DNA of 64,000 nucleotides, taken from IMG/VR virus record IMGVR_UViG_3300042731_008053; one strand, 5' to 3'. Of this stretch, positions 62,646 through 64,000 are shown one piece after another. Position 1 is the stretch's first letter, and each line of letters starts with the position of its first letter. Position numbers and translations under genes: made by a program. The notes under the pieces were generated by a model. It ran no database searches. It worked only from the letters and a program-made list of their open reading frames with translations, and was not told where the DNA came from. This stretch comes from a virus.

Positions 62646-63218
62646 GTGAAGATTGCGTGGACAGAAGAGAAAGAACACAGTCACGGAACACTTGGTCCGT
62701 GTTTCATCTCGATCGATCACCCAACGTGGTACATCCAAACCTACCGGATCTCGATCGGCCTGCGTTCAGATGAAAGGGAACCCGATTGGCATCGATACGA
62801 GATCGCCGAAAGCGACGTTGACGACCTGAACCACGCTAAAGAGATCGCCGTGCAATACGCGCGCGATCTGGGCTGTCGGCGCCGCCATCGACGTCACGAA
62901 TACGACGAAGACCTGCTAGACGGCATTCGTGCTGTCGTGCTCGAACAACTCCAACGGGCTATCGATCGGTACGACAACGACATGGCGTGGTGGGAGAGGC
63001 AGGGCGGCTGGGCGACACGGCCAAATCTTCTGGATTATGGAACGTCCACGAGCTACTTCACTGGTTATCTCGAACAACACCGGCTTGGCATCAATCAGAC
63101 CCGCAAAGAGTTACAGCGAGCTGTCAATGTCGTCTTGGGTCGTCTCGAACGTGCAGGCGAGATCGAAGCCGAGAAGTGGGACCGAAAACGCTATTGGTAT
63201 CTGGCGGGTGTTTTCTAG
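62646..63218 (+). CDS. hypothetical protein
   Basis: ORF track, GTG start. Confidence 0.45.
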   Translation: MKIAWTEEKEHSHGTLGPCFISIDHPTWYIQTYRISIGLRSDEREPDWHRYEIAESDVDDLNHAKEIAVQYARDLGCRRRHRRHEYDEDLLDGIRAVVLEQLQRAIDRYDNDMAWWERQGGWATRPNLLDYGTSTSYFTGYLEQHRLGINQTRKELQRAVNVVLGRLERAGEIEAEKWDRKRYWYLAGVF

Positions 63219-63469
63219 TCGTCGCCGTTCTCTTCGAGCCACGCGTACTTGGTGTTCATCCGAGCGGGACGTTCCTCGATAGGTTCGCCGATTAGTAGCT
63301 CTTCGGTACAAACGGTAACGCCGTCCTTACGGACTTTCTCAGCGATGCAGACATCACCGTCTTTGCGGGTACGTTTGTAGCGTCCGGGTGCGAGCTTGAT
63401 CGCCCAATACCACCGTGGCTTTTTGCCGGCTGGACGAAACTTGATCCGAACGTATCGGCGGCGACTCAT
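63215..63469 (-). CDS. hypothetical basic protein
   Basis: ATGA overlap with the upstream gene. Confidence 0.35.
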   Translation of the reverse strand: MSRRRYVRIKFRPAGKKPRWYWAIKLAPGRYKRTRKDGDVCIAEKVRKDGVTVCTEELLIGEPIEERPARMNTKYAWLEENGDD

Positions 63470-64000
63470 TTGCCTTTGGTGATGCGTCGTGCACCGACCG
63501 GGCAACGCTTGCGTTTGTTTGTCGGCGACAAAAGCGTATAGCCCCGCGTGCCGACACGACAGTACTGCTCCTTCGCGTCCCACTTCCCGCGTGGACAGCC
63601 TGTCATCAACCACGACGAACCTGTACGCTTCCATCGAAAACTGCGTGAGTCGAAGCCGCGTTTGGGTGCCAGCTCCTCTTCACAGAAGGTACCAACGATC
63701 TTGCGGCCACGCAGTCCGTTGACGGTCAACTGCTCGCCTGTACCACGCCCGACAAGAACGCCGATGAGAATAGCAAGCCCCGCACCCCCCGCTGCCCAAT
63801 ACGTCCAGGGGATCTCTTCGAGCATCGTCTTGACAGGTTTTTTGGGTGGATACGGATCGAGTAACTTCAAACCATCGTCAGGCTCGTCGGCGGCAGCCCT
63901 GAGCGTAGGCGTGCGACTAGGATCGCGAAAACGCCCGGTTGTGTCCTCGACGATAGGTACCGTGATGGGTTTGATGGCAGTAACAGGCTCAACTGCCGGC
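63466..64000 (-). CDS. hypothetical protein with TM segment, 5' end beyond the right edge of the window (partial)
   Basis: Reverse-strand frame is open from 64000 through the listed ORF 63466-63870. Confidence 0.45.
   Translation of the reverse strand, partial: PAVEPVTAIKPITVPIVEDTTGRFRDPSRTPTLRAAADEPDDGLKLLDPYPPKKPVKTMLEEIPWTYWAAGGAGLAILIGVLVGRGTGEQLTVNGLRGRKIVGTFCEEELAPKRGFDSRSFRWKRTGSSWLMTGCPRGKWDAKEQYCRVGTRGYTLLSPTNKRKRCPVGARRITKGK

Overview
This is a GC-rich (roughly 60%), very gene-dense window organised in long same-strand blocks: + strand 2.5-28.4 kb, - strand 28.4-41.2 kb, + strand 42-46.6 kb, then mixed. Many short genes overlap by ATGA/GTGA/TGATG start-stop junctions, GTG/TTG starts are frequent, and most genes have no recognisable family. 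This architecture, plus DUF4326, SLOG/DUF1273, DUF1653, VirE-like NTPase, two lytic-transglycosylase candidates with small membrane proteins, an intein-bearing SNF2 helicase and an iteron-rich intergenic hub, indicates part of a large phage or virus-like mobile element rather than core chromosome. No capsid, terminase, portal or tail gene could be recognised by eye. Findings the gene list alone would not predict: (1) a full-length major vault protein (MVP) homolog (7489-10134); (2) a truncated RF1-type (PxT) release factor interrupted by a prfB-style programmed +1 frameshift cassette whose internal stop is UAG instead of UGA (25756-26425); (3) a roughly 342-aa LAGLIDADG intein inside the P-loop region of an SNF2 helicase (854-1879, - strand); (4) bacterial-type translation and replication genes scattered through the element, including infC with a TTG start, def and a complete dnaG; (5) three families of repeated DNA elements: a 28-nt motif containing ATGAATGCTG at three gene starts, a GATCGC-N4-GCGATC palindrome about 25-60 bp upstream of four genes, and GGATCTACT / GGTCTACT iterons plus GC-rich arrays in two intergenic hubs (41.2-42.0 kb and 53.0-53.2 kb), the first of which looks like a replication origin or regulatory centre. 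No rRNA, tRNA or CRISPR array could be supported by eye. Coordinates of non-ORF elements may be off by 1-2 nt.
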